From: a virus
Strand: one strand, 5' to 3'
IMG/VR virus record: IMGVR_UViG_3300022752_000019
Span: 1-64,000 of that record
Length of the DNA stretch: 64,000 nt
Positions 45,335 through 53,868 of this stretch are shown in pieces; the first letter of the stretch is position 1; every line of letters begins with the position of its first letter. The notes below the pieces were generated by a model. The model searched no databases. It was not told where the DNA came from and saw only the letters and a program-made list of their open reading frames with translations. The translations under genes and the position numbers were made by a program.

Positions 45335-45876
45335 CAGTCAGAACTCAAGAGCGAGCTGGTGGCCGCGCGCGCTCCCGTCTCTGCGGCGATATCGCGCGGG
45401 GCCTTCATCCTATTTTGGATGCTGGACAGCAACGCCGGGTCAAAGCGCGGTGCACTCGACGGATCGTCTGGATCCATGCGATTCGTCATGACCATGTCCA
45501 GGATCGTGCCGGCAATCAGTGGATCCTTAGAGTACTCAGGATTCATGCTTCTCAGTGTCTTAAATGCCATCCGTAGATTCGGATCATCGGGAGAGCCCAA
45601 CTGAGGGTTTACTTGTACGACTCTGCGTAGGTCACGGCTGAAGGTCAGCGCCCCCATCGTTGACTCAATGGCCCCAGGAACTTGTGACCCGGCGTACGCC
45701 AAAGTCGGCGCAGCTACTGCGAGTCCTCCAATCGCGGCCATGTTGGCCGGGGTCATAGAGATTCCAGCAACCTTGTTTAGCGAAGATGCCATCTTCTCCA
45801 GCTGCAAAAGGTCATGCTGACTCAGTTCACCACGGGCGTAGGCTGCGTACGCCTCTGCTGGCACGTTTACAGTCAT
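45334..45876 (-). CDS. putative head protein
   Basis: KMAS, KVAG then hydrophobic helix. Confidence 0.65.
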   Translation of the reverse strand: MTVNVPAEAYAAYARGELSQHDLLQLEKMASSLNKVAGISMTPANMAAIGGLAVAAPTLAYAGSQVPGAIESTMGALTFSRDLRRVVQVNPQLGSPDDPNLRMAFKTLRSMNPEYSKDPLIAGTILDMVMTNRMDPDDPSSAPRFDPALLSSIQNRMKAPRDIAAETGARAATSSLLSSD

Positions 45877-46949
45877 TTGGACTTTCCTCCTGGAGCCTTC
45901 TTAGGGTCCAATAAGCCAGACTTCTTGGCCGCAATCGCGCCCCCAACAAGTCCGACTCCAGCGACGGTCGAAAGAACCGGATGATCGCTAATTACCCGTC
46001 CGGCAGACTTTAACGCAGACGGGGAGATCTTACTGGCCGTCTTCTCTCCAAACAGCATAGAGGTCAGCGCACGATTCGCACCCTCAAGATCGTTCTCGAT
46101 CTCACCGAGTGCGATCTCAAGGTGAATGTGCCGCTCCTCAACCGCGGCGACCTTGGTAAACGCCGCCGGAAGAGGATGGTCCGGGTTGACGTCCCCATAC
46201 GATGCCGTCTTGGAGAGGTGCAGACCCGCAGTACGACCTTCCTTCGACAGAAGGTAAGCTGACAGATCGGACGCCACCTTTGTCGCAGTCTGCTGAGACG
46301 CGACACTCCAGTCCATGCCCGAGAAGCAGGCATGAAGTACGTCCTCAACAGCAATGCCATCTTTCACAGTGGCGTACGCAACCTTGGACAGCTCTCGGCG
46401 TGCGTGGAGGATCTCTCCCTCAGTCGACGCCAACTCCGCGCGAAGTGAGGCCGACGCCTCCTTCAGTGCGTCGTGGATTCGCTTCAAGTCGTGAAGACCC
46501 TGCGCCTGAGCAAACGGAGCACTGTGCTCGGTGTCTGCCTGCTTGATCACCTGGTCAAACGCATTCGCGGGCCTGAACTTGGGGGCACGAGGTGCTTCGG
46601 CTGAAGCAGTCTTTTCTGTCATAAGTCCACCAGCGAAAGAAGATGTACGCTTAGGCGCCGAAGCTACTTTTTCTGCGCGCAGAACTTCAGCCGCAACTTC
46701 CGCGTCCGGAGGATCGAACACGATGTACCGATCGGCGGAAGTACCCTCTTGCCTGTGCATTCGCTCGTATGTGTCGTGGTAGGTCATCTCGCAGATACGA
46801 CGAACATGCTCGGCTGTCAAGTTTGCGCCACACGCGTTTGCCTGCTTGACCACGGCCTCCGTCAGGGGCGTCCCGTTTGACAAGAAATCCGTGGTCGCCG
46901 CTTGCGCGAGACCCTGAAGGTATTCCTTGGTTACAGGATTTCCGAACAT
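45873..46949 (-). CDS. putative internal head protein
   Basis: About ten K-x-A motifs; C-terminal Gly helix and basic tail. Confidence 0.7.
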   Translation of the reverse strand: MFGNPVTKEYLQGLAQAATTDFLSNGTPLTEAVVKQANACGANLTAEHVRRICEMTYHDTYERMHRQEGTSADRYIVFDPPDAEVAAEVLRAEKVASAPKRTSSFAGGLMTEKTASAEAPRAPKFRPANAFDQVIKQADTEHSAPFAQAQGLHDLKRIHDALKEASASLRAELASTEGEILHARRELSKVAYATVKDGIAVEDVLHACFSGMDWSVASQQTATKVASDLSAYLLSKEGRTAGLHLSKTASYGDVNPDHPLPAAFTKVAAVEERHIHLEIALGEIENDLEGANRALTSMLFGEKTASKISPSALKSAGRVISDHPVLSTVAGVGLVGGAIAAKKSGLLDPKKAPGGKSK

Positions 46950-46967
46950 CGCCGACCCGGAGTGGAG

Positions 46968-47648
46968 ATGAAGTACACGATGAGTATAGCCGAGGCCGCA
47001 AGGTTTCTCGGCAAGACGGAACGAACCATCCGAAACTATATCAAGACGGCGCAACTTACAAGTGCCAGAAGAGGAAGATCTCGATTTCTCGACCCGGAAG
47101 AGGTCCAAGAATTGCTGGTCGAGGCAGACTCTTCTCGGGTAACCGCTGCCGAGATGCGCGCACTGCGTGCAACTGTACGCCGCCTCGAGGCACACGTCAG
47201 TGTCATTCAGCAAATGCTCGACCTCAAGAACGAGCCACTCGGAATGACTGACGAGTATGCACGAAGCCTACTGAGTGCTGCACTTGAGCAGTATGGTCGG
47301 CCGCACGGCAGCTACTCCATCAAAGAGCTCGAGGCGTGGGCAGGCATCTTTGCGCGCATGGATGAGTCGGACCTCCAGACACTCTGCGCCGCAACCTCGG
47401 CAACATCCTGGAAGCCCCTACTTCGCCTCAGTAGTCGAATGGTCTCTGAGGTTGCCGGCCGTGAAGACTACAAGACGTCACTTGAGGCGCAGCAAGTTCA
47501 TCGACTTCTGGCAGACGGCAGACGGAGGTTAAAAATCAGCATCTTCATCTACCTGGAGATGACGAGTCAGATCTTTTCAGAGATTGAAGAGACAGAGGTC
47601 AAGACCACGTTATTCGAGTCGCTAAAAAAACAGGTAAAACCGTCATAA
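46968..47648 (+). CDS. excisionase/MerR-type HTH DNA-binding protein
   Basis: MSIAEAARFLGKTERTIRNYIKT..L followed by coiled coil. Confidence 0.75.
   Translation: MKYTMSIAEAARFLGKTERTIRNYIKTAQLTSARRGRSRFLDPEEVQELLVEADSSRVTAAEMRALRATVRRLEAHVSVIQQMLDLKNEPLGMTDEYARSLLSAALEQYGRPHGSYSIKELEAWAGIFARMDESDLQTLCAATSATSWKPLLRLSSRMVSEVAGREDYKTSLEAQQVHRLLADGRRRLKISIFIYLEMTSQIFSEIEETEVKTTLFESLKKQVKPS
47623..47648 (+). promoter_or_regulatory. putative phage promoter (TAAAAA-N13-GTCATAA)
   Basis: Recurring motif before 47674. Confidence 0.5.
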
Positions 47649-47673
47649 CTACTTTGCGCACGGGAAGTGTAGC

Positions 47674-48132
47674 ATGAAGAAAACCCCCATTCGAAAGATG
47701 AAGCAACCGGTGGAAGCACCTGTCGCAGATGACGTGATTGAGCAGACACAAACAACGGAGAGTCGTACCGCCATGGCAAAGAAAGAGATGAACGCGTACA
47801 CCAGCTACAGCAACCTCATCGAAAACAAGATGGGCATCGGCCGCAACGGCAAGCGTGCGTTGCACGGGGGCATCGCTGCTGCGGGAACCTGGGCTGCTGG
47901 CCATTATGGCGGCGTCGGCATCATCGCTACCAACATGCCGACTGCGATTGGCATCGGGGCGGCAACGGGCTTCCTCGCCACTGTCGCCGCCGACAAGCTC
48001 TTCATCGACGACACGCAAGAGTTCCTGCTCGAGCTCTCTCGTGTCGAGTCCCTCAGCGAGGGCTCGAAGGATGCGCTGCGGGAGTGGGCGGCTTCGGACG
48101 AGGCCGCCAAGCTGTTCCGCAAGACCGGCTGA
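47674..48132 (+). CDS. hypothetical membrane-associated protein
   Basis: Two Gly/Ala hydrophobic segments; start uncertain. Confidence 0.65.
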   Translation: MKKTPIRKMKQPVEAPVADDVIEQTQTTESRTAMAKKEMNAYTSYSNLIENKMGIGRNGKRALHGGIAAAGTWAAGHYGGVGIIATNMPTAIGIGAATGFLATVAADKLFIDDTQEFLLELSRVESLSEGSKDALREWAASDEAAKLFRKTG

Positions 48133-48138
48133 TTCGTC

Positions 48139-48172
48139 GACTGACGCCCTGGCTTCGGCCAGGGCGTCAGTC
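48139..48172. terminator. hairpin between convergent genes
   Basis: 15-bp stem GACTGACGCCCTGGC-TTCG-GCCAGGGCGTCAGTC. Confidence 0.7.
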
Positions 48173-51100
48173 CGTATCCAACTCTTTGTCAATTTTAGCA
48201 CTTGGAACGATGATGTCCGGCCTCGGATTGTCAATCATCGATACGACAAAGCAAAGCAGCAGCGCGTGAAAGCTGTCGTCTGTCGTATTGGGAGACTTCT
48301 TGTACTCCGTCATGCGCGTCCTCTCGTTGTACTCGGAGAAGATCGCAAGCATGTCAGAGCCAAAAGGACTACCAAACTCAGACCACTTCGGGAACCGGAA
48401 CACAGAGCGACGCTTGATGGCGTTGAACACCGCGCTCATGACTTCGGAACGATGAATCAAGAAGCGGCCCTTCGCCGAATCGAACTGCATGATCGTCTTT
48501 GGGGTCGAGTACTGATACCGGACGACTCGCTGTGATCCGTACAGCCTCAGCAGCTCATCGTTGGGCCAGTATCCTCCGCCGTAGTCCACTCCGACTCGAG
48601 TGACCTCAAAGGCCGCAAGAAGCTTCTTGATCTTCTCGATTTGCTGCTTCGGCTCTGCTTCTGCGCCAGAGAATCGGTGCGCAAAGATGATGCGAAAGAA
48701 CCCTTCGATGTACGCGCCGATCATCACGATCGTGTACGAGTTGTTTGAGTCCTGTCCCCAGTCAATCCCAGCGTACACCTGCTTGCCGCGAATTTTGGGC
48801 ATGATCTCTTTTAGCTTCTCTGCCTTAAACGAGAAGTCGGGATCACAGCAGGACTGGACATCGCCCTGAGTCAGCGGGCGCTGCCCGGAGTCAAAGCTTG
48901 CTCCCAGCACCTCGTTGTAGAACTTGGCTCGAGGGTATTGGTTGTACTTCGTGAGGATGTTGCTCCACTCAAGCCAGGGCACCATCAACTGCGGAATGCG
49001 GAAGCCCTCGAACACATCGAACTTTGGGTTCGGGTTTCCCGTGCGCACCCACTGGGCCATTGGATGATCTGGCCGAATGACCTCTCCGCACTTGTCGCAA
49101 GAGAGGCCACGGATGCCAATGTTTCGCTCCCCCAGGATGTTCCAGTGCCACGACCCGGGGTTGTTGGGCAGCCCGTGTCTCTCACACGGAACTGCCCACT
49201 CGTTCTGCGTAGAGTACGCGTCCCAGTAGACTTGGATCGAGTTGTCCAGGCTCTTTGGAGTGCCGCTATAGATGAACCACTTGAACGGGCTGTGAGAAGC
49301 TGCCTCCTCGATGACGGGGATGTTGTCCAGCAGCAAGTCCTGAAACTCGTCCATGCAGATCAGGTCTGCCGAGAGTCCGCGGCACCTGTCTGCATTGAGG
49401 AACGCATACCGAAGTTTGATCTCACTTCGGTTGATCGCCTTCTTCTCAAAGACGTTGTCCGTCAGATGCTGCGGGAACCAAGTCTTGAGGTCAGGGCAAG
49501 TCTCCAGCGGCTCCTTGAGGCGCGTCTTGGAAAACTCCTTGGTCTGTTGACTGGACGGAGAGACGTAGAGGATGCGGAAGTGCGGAATCAGACAAGCGTA
49601 AGAGAGCGTCTTGTTTCCCAGCGTGGTGCTGTTGTGCGTAAAGAGTGCTCCTGCAACAAAGTTGTGGTGTCCACGCACTGTCAGGTCAAAGCACCACTGC
49701 TCTCCTACATTCACAACCTCCTCAACTTCGTCCCAATAAATATCGGAGCGAAGATGAGCGCGAAGTAGGGCTACTTTCTCTGCGTCATACCGAACATCTC
49801 CCTCAAAAAAGACGACGAATTCTTCGAGCTTCTTCCGGGTAAGCGTGTACTTCGCCCGTGGGAGGCGCTCGATTCCGGCGGCACGCAAGGTTCTGTCGCC
49901 CTTCGTGGGCCGCACCGAGTTGTAGATGTCTCGGACAATGTGAGTCACCTCCTCCGGATACGTGTCACGATTGGAGTTGGTGTCCCAGTTGGCGAGGTCC
50001 TGTCGCTCAATCTTCCCCAGAGCGCCGATCTCACGCACAAACGCCCGGACCCCATCCTGAGTCTCCACACGAAGAATAAATGCGACCTTTTCTTCTCCGC
50101 GCCTCTTATAGATCGCGGGCCAGTTCTTTCGAATGGAAGACGGAATTCCGAACTTCCACAGCAGGGCCTGGATCTGTCGAATCATGGTGTGCGACATCGA
50201 GCAGTACTCGATGGACCACTTTGAGGTCGTGTCTTGCTTTACATGCCCATCAGTCGCCCATAGTCGATTCAAAAACAGCGCAGTCTGGGGGCGCGAGAGA
50301 TGAAAGACCCATTTCGGGATGAACTTGGTGTAGGAGGTCTTCCCCAGGAGGTCGTCTTCTTCAAACCAGTCGTAGAGCTTCTGGGCGCGGTACTTCGGAA
50401 GCCGGAGAGCTACTGCCTCTGTTCCCGGTTTGTCCGAAACACCGTAGGTCATCCCCTCCAGTGCCAACTCATTGATAAAGTCGGACAGTACTACATCTGT
50501 CGCGTTCGTGAACGACATTCCAGATGAAGAACAATGGCCGTCTCCGAGCATGAACGCCGTGAGCTTGACCCGAGAGTCTGGCTGCGCAGAATCGGCGAAC
50601 TCCCCCGCACGCCGCACGACTGCGATCCGGTCTCCTACGCGTACATTTCCCGCATCACGCCAACCACCCCATCTGCGGATGGGGTGGGTCGTTGCAAGCG
50701 TGGCCTCATGTCCTTGCCGGGTACGAACACGAACACAGGGCTTGCTGTATCGAGCCGACTTCCAGGTCACCTCAGACGAAGTGGCTAAGTGCCCACTCCC
50801 GAGCTCTACTCCCGGCGCCACCTCGTCAGTGTTGAGACAAACAAGGCGGTCCCCGGGCTGGACGTCCTTGATCGGAACGTGTTGGCCGGTCGAAAGGAGG
50901 ACAAGCTCGTCCTCGTGAACCGTTTTTTCCACCTGTCTTCCGCACATGAGAAGTACGCGCGGAGACTGAATGTCGTAGATCTGTCGAAGGTAACGGCGCT
51001 CTGCGAATGAGAAGTTCTCCAACTGCCGTGTATGTGGGTTGGGCATCATCATCGTCGTCTCGATGAACTGAGACGGCGTCAGAGGGATCTGCGCGTTGCG

Positions 51101-51187
51101 CAGATCCTGCTCGGAGATCTTTACTGTGTCTCCTCGTGGAGCGGCGTAGTCCCATGGACCTGCCAGGAGGGAGTTAGAAAAACTCAC
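48167..51187 (-). CDS. terL: terminase large subunit (intein-containing)
   Basis: Walker A GRQVEK|ST, RCRGLSADLICMDEFQD, SGTP, nuclease GIDWG and DDSFHA. Confidence 0.9.
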   Translation of the reverse strand: MSFSNSLLAGPWDYAAPRGDTVKISEQDLRNAQIPLTPSQFIETTMMMPNPHTRQLENFSFAERRYLRQIYDIQSPRVLLMCGRQVEKTVHEDELVLLSTGQHVPIKDVQPGDRLVCLNTDEVAPGVELGSGHLATSSEVTWKSARYSKPCVRVRTRQGHEATLATTHPIRRWGGWRDAGNVRVGDRIAVVRRAGEFADSAQPDSRVKLTAFMLGDGHCSSSGMSFTNATDVVLSDFINELALEGMTYGVSDKPGTEAVALRLPKYRAQKLYDWFEEDDLLGKTSYTKFIPKWVFHLSRPQTALFLNRLWATDGHVKQDTTSKWSIEYCSMSHTMIRQIQALLWKFGIPSSIRKNWPAIYKRRGEEKVAFILRVETQDGVRAFVREIGALGKIERQDLANWDTNSNRDTYPEEVTHIVRDIYNSVRPTKGDRTLRAAGIERLPRAKYTLTRKKLEEFVVFFEGDVRYDAEKVALLRAHLRSDIYWDEVEEVVNVGEQWCFDLTVRGHHNFVAGALFTHNSTTLGNKTLSYACLIPHFRILYVSPSSQQTKEFSKTRLKEPLETCPDLKTWFPQHLTDNVFEKKAINRSEIKLRYAFLNADRCRGLSADLICMDEFQDLLLDNIPVIEEAASHSPFKWFIYSGTPKSLDNSIQVYWDAYSTQNEWAVPCERHGLPNNPGSWHWNILGERNIGIRGLSCDKCGEVIRPDHPMAQWVRTGNPNPKFDVFEGFRIPQLMVPWLEWSNILTKYNQYPRAKFYNEVLGASFDSGQRPLTQGDVQSCCDPDFSFKAEKLKEIMPKIRGKQVYAGIDWGQDSNNSYTIVMIGAYIEGFFRIIFAHRFSGAEAEPKQQIEKIKKLLAAFEVTRVGVDYGGGYWPNDELLRLYGSQRVVRYQYSTPKTIMQFDSAKGRFLIHRSEVMSAVFNAIKRRSVFRFPKWSEFGSPFGSDMLAIFSEYNERTRMTEYKKSPNTTDDSFHALLLCFVVSMIDNPRPDIIVPSAKIDKELDTD
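49631..50923 (-). mobile_element. 431 aa intein with LAGLIDADG homing endonuclease
   Basis: Begins TVHEDELV, block B TTHP, AFMLGDG and LWATDG, block F CFDLTV..HNF, ends THN|S. Confidence 0.9.
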
Positions 51188-51203
51188 AGTTTCTCCGTCA
51201 TAA
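51175..51203 (+). promoter_or_regulatory. putative phage promoter (A-rich box then GTCATAA)
   Basis: Recurring motif before the + strand island at 51242. Confidence 0.45.
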
Positions 51204-51241
51204 GAACTTTGCTCACGATGAGCATAAGGGGGTTTCTTTCA

Positions 51242-51832
51242 ATGAGCAACCACAACACCGTTGTCGCCGGATATGAGGTCCGGCAGATCAGGGGCGAGCA
51301 GTCACTCGCCCTCGTTCTCCACGTCATGAACGTGGAGGACTTCACGAGCTGGACGACCATCCGGCTCGTCACGGAAGAGCCGCGCGAGATCGCGGCGTTC
51401 CTCGCGGCTCGCGCCGACAAGTTCGGCCAGAGCCTCCGCATCAGCGAGAGCGCGCGCCCGCTCAAGCTCAACATCAAAGGCAAGGAGACGGTCGGAAAGG
51501 TGGCGGGTCACTCGGTGACGTACGACACCTGGTTCGGCCTCCGCGCGTGGGTGTGGGTCGACATGGCTGGCGAAGGCGGGCAGGTTAACGTCCCGGCTCT
51601 CGTGACGGAGGTCGCCGCAGGCGAGATCCGAAAGGAAGCCGAGAAGACGGGATGCACCGTCGGCGATATACTCAAAGAGTACATCGCCGGTACGGTGCCC
51701 GAGCTTCAAACCCAATACAAGCTCCGGGACGTGTACCCGGTTATGCTTGATGGGCATGGCCGATACCACCTCGCCAACTTCACCCCCGAGCCTGCGGTGG
51801 GTTCCGCTGGCAGCGAAGAGCTTCCAGCGTAG
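51242..51832 (+). CDS. hypothetical protein
   Basis: AAGGGGG RBS, GC3 bias. Confidence 0.7.
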   Translation: MSNHNTVVAGYEVRQIRGEQSLALVLHVMNVEDFTSWTTIRLVTEEPREIAAFLAARADKFGQSLRISESARPLKLNIKGKETVGKVAGHSVTYDTWFGLRAWVWVDMAGEGGQVNVPALVTEVAAGEIRKEAEKTGCTVGDILKEYIAGTVPELQTQYKLRDVYPVMLDGHGRYHLANFTPEPAVGSAGSEELPA

Positions 51833-51845
51833 CCTCCTCGGAGAC

Positions 51846-52085
51846 ATGTACGGATGGGATCTGTTGCCGCAGGTGGACCCCCTCAAGTGGGTGTTCCACC
51901 TGCGGCTGTGTCGCCACATTAACCAGCAAGAGGTCCCTTTTTTTAGGTCACTCCTCAAGGAATGGTGTGAGGCGAACGACGCCGTATACAAAAAGTCCCA
52001 CTGGGAAAAGTGGGACTTTAAGGCGGTTATCCTAATCAAGGGCCTTGGGCCTGTTCGCGAAAACGACCCGTTTCAGGCCTCCTGA
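51846..52085 (+). CDS. hypothetical protein
   Basis: GGAG RBS, 79 aa. Confidence 0.55.
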   Translation: MYGWDLLPQVDPLKWVFHLRLCRHINQQEVPFFRSLLKEWCEANDAVYKKSHWEKWDFKAVILIKGLGPVRENDPFQAS

Positions 52086-52429
52086 AGGCACCTGTCTACC
52101 AGCCCAAGAAACTTCTCGGTGTAATGCAGGTAGTTGAAGAAGGGCGTGTCACAGACCCCCTTTGCGCGGACTGCGAGAGACTCAAACTCCGGGACATACG
52201 CCGCGCTGAAGTCGTCGGTCTTCCCGAAGTGGGCTTCGATGATCTCGGCGAGTAGCGTCTGGAAGTCCGCATGGCGGACATTGAAGAACTGGTAGATCAG
52301 ATCGTCTCCCTTGGAGACGATGACCGCCTTGAACTTCTTCCCTCGGTACTCTGCGCGGGGAGGAACGGTGACCTTGAGTTCGTGTCCCGGCTCTGAGCGC
52401 GCGGGATCTTTCATGAAGTCAGGTGTCAT
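52073..52429 (-). CDS. hypothetical protein
   Basis: TAATG-coupled ORF. Confidence 0.65.
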   Translation of the reverse strand: MTPDFMKDPARSEPGHELKVTVPPRAEYRGKKFKAVIVSKGDDLIYQFFNVRHADFQTLLAEIIEAHFGKTDDFSAAYVPEFESLAVRAKGVCDTPFFNYLHYTEKFLGLVDRCLQEA

Positions 52430-53007
52430 TAGCCAATGTCCGCGTAGAGCCGAAAGCGCGCGTCGGTGTGCGCGTGATGGAGTACGAAGCTTGCCCAGTT
52501 TGCCGAAACGGGGAACTCGAATGTGTACTTCTCACCGACAGTGAGCAGGCTGCTCTTGAAGACGTACTCGGCGACGTCAGCGTTGTACTTTGACGACGAA
52601 TACTCCGGAGCAGTCAGCTGCCGGAACCAGTCTGACGCAGTGGCGAGATCTGGATCCCCGAGGTTTGAAAGACGTAGGTTGAGATGGAGGTCGGCAGACG
52701 ACGCCGCCAGTACCTCAATGCCGAAGATGATCTTTGAGGCATTGGCAACGTTGATCTTGTCTGAGTAGTGCCCGGCTGCAATGGCAGCGGCGTAGTTCGC
52801 CGTACTGGCTGGGCTGCCTCCAGTAACCGCTCCGTAGATTGGAGTAGTGCCTCGATCTTTGTGCGCATCGTTGCAGAAGATCGAAAGCCAGCCCGAGCTA
52901 TTGCCCGTGTAGTCAGGTCCGCCCACAAGGCCGGGAATGTTCTCTTCTTCCAAGAACGCAATCATCGCGTTCTCATCGCGGACAGTCTTAGAACGCAGCG
53001 CAGGCAT
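52429..53007 (-). CDS. putative virion protein
   Basis: TAATG-coupled, beta-rich. Confidence 0.6.
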   Translation of the reverse strand: MPALRSKTVRDENAMIAFLEEENIPGLVGGPDYTGNSSGWLSIFCNDAHKDRGTTPIYGAVTGGSPASTANYAAAIAAGHYSDKINVANASKIIFGIEVLAASSADLHLNLRLSNLGDPDLATASDWFRQLTAPEYSSSKYNADVAEYVFKSSLLTVGEKYTFEFPVSANWASFVLHHAHTDARFRLYADIG

Positions 53008-53867
53008 TACTTCTTCTCCGTGAGCAGGATCTCTTCGCGCGAGCGATTTGAGATCGAACCAGTGGGGGAGAGATCTAACAAGCTTGGGATCTTCTTGGTG
53101 CCGTGAAGCACCTTGAACTTCTCGAACTTCTTAAGCGTCTCTTGAAGTGCAGTATCTCCCGCCTGCACCCGCTCGTCAATGCGCGCAAGACCACGCGCAA
53201 GGTTGCCGAGCATTTCCACCTTCTTGTCGGAGAGCGGAAGGCTCCGAGTCTCGAGGAAGGTGTGGTACAGCTCGGCGCGGACCTCCATCATGATCTTCTT
53301 GCCGTCGAGCTCTCGCCGAATGCCCATCCGGTAGGACGCGGCCTCGGGGCCGGCACGGACAGCAAGTTGGTACGCGTCGCGAAGAGTGAATGTCCTCTTC
53401 GTCGAGTCTCCGCGGAGGTACTCAACCCAGTCGCCGACACCCATGATGTCGGAGTTCCAGAAGTAGTGCTTGAACTCGGCGATGGCGAGTTCGGACACCT
53501 CGAAGCCAATCTCCTTTATCTGGGACGATGCTTCGTGGAATGGAACTCCTGCCATCACCAGAGTCTCGACCTTCTCTCTCAGCGGGGCAGAGAGGAGGAT
53601 CTTCTCGCGCATCTCAATGGTGTGCTTGTCTGGGAACACCAGTGAGTAGAGCTTGTTCTTGCGCAGCCATGACGATGTCGGGCGATGCTTTGAGTCCCAC
53701 GGACGAAAATCCGCAGGAGGCTTCAGAGATTCACGGCACCGCTTGAAGTCCTCTTCGGAGATCTCCGAGAGTCCGTGCATCTCCAGGTTCAGGTTGACAT
53801 CGTCATACGACAACGCCGCCCCGATTACGAGGAGATACTTGACGAAGAATTCAGCGGGATGGGCCAT
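53007..53867 (-). CDS. hypothetical protein (terminase small subunit candidate)
   Basis: 286 aa helical protein near terL; function is a positional guess. Confidence 0.5.
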   Translation of the reverse strand: MAHPAEFFVKYLLVIGAALSYDDVNLNLEMHGLSEISEEDFKRCRESLKPPADFRPWDSKHRPTSSWLRKNKLYSLVFPDKHTIEMREKILLSAPLREKVETLVMAGVPFHEASSQIKEIGFEVSELAIAEFKHYFWNSDIMGVGDWVEYLRGDSTKRTFTLRDAYQLAVRAGPEAASYRMGIRRELDGKKIMMEVRAELYHTFLETRSLPLSDKKVEMLGNLARGLARIDERVQAGDTALQETLKKFEKFKVLHGTKKIPSLLDLSPTGSISNRSREEILLTEKK

Positions 53868-53868
53868 C

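Noticed and set aside
50921-50930. A6 slippery site at the intein N-terminal junction
   Set aside because: The frame is continuous and restores Walker A without any shift.
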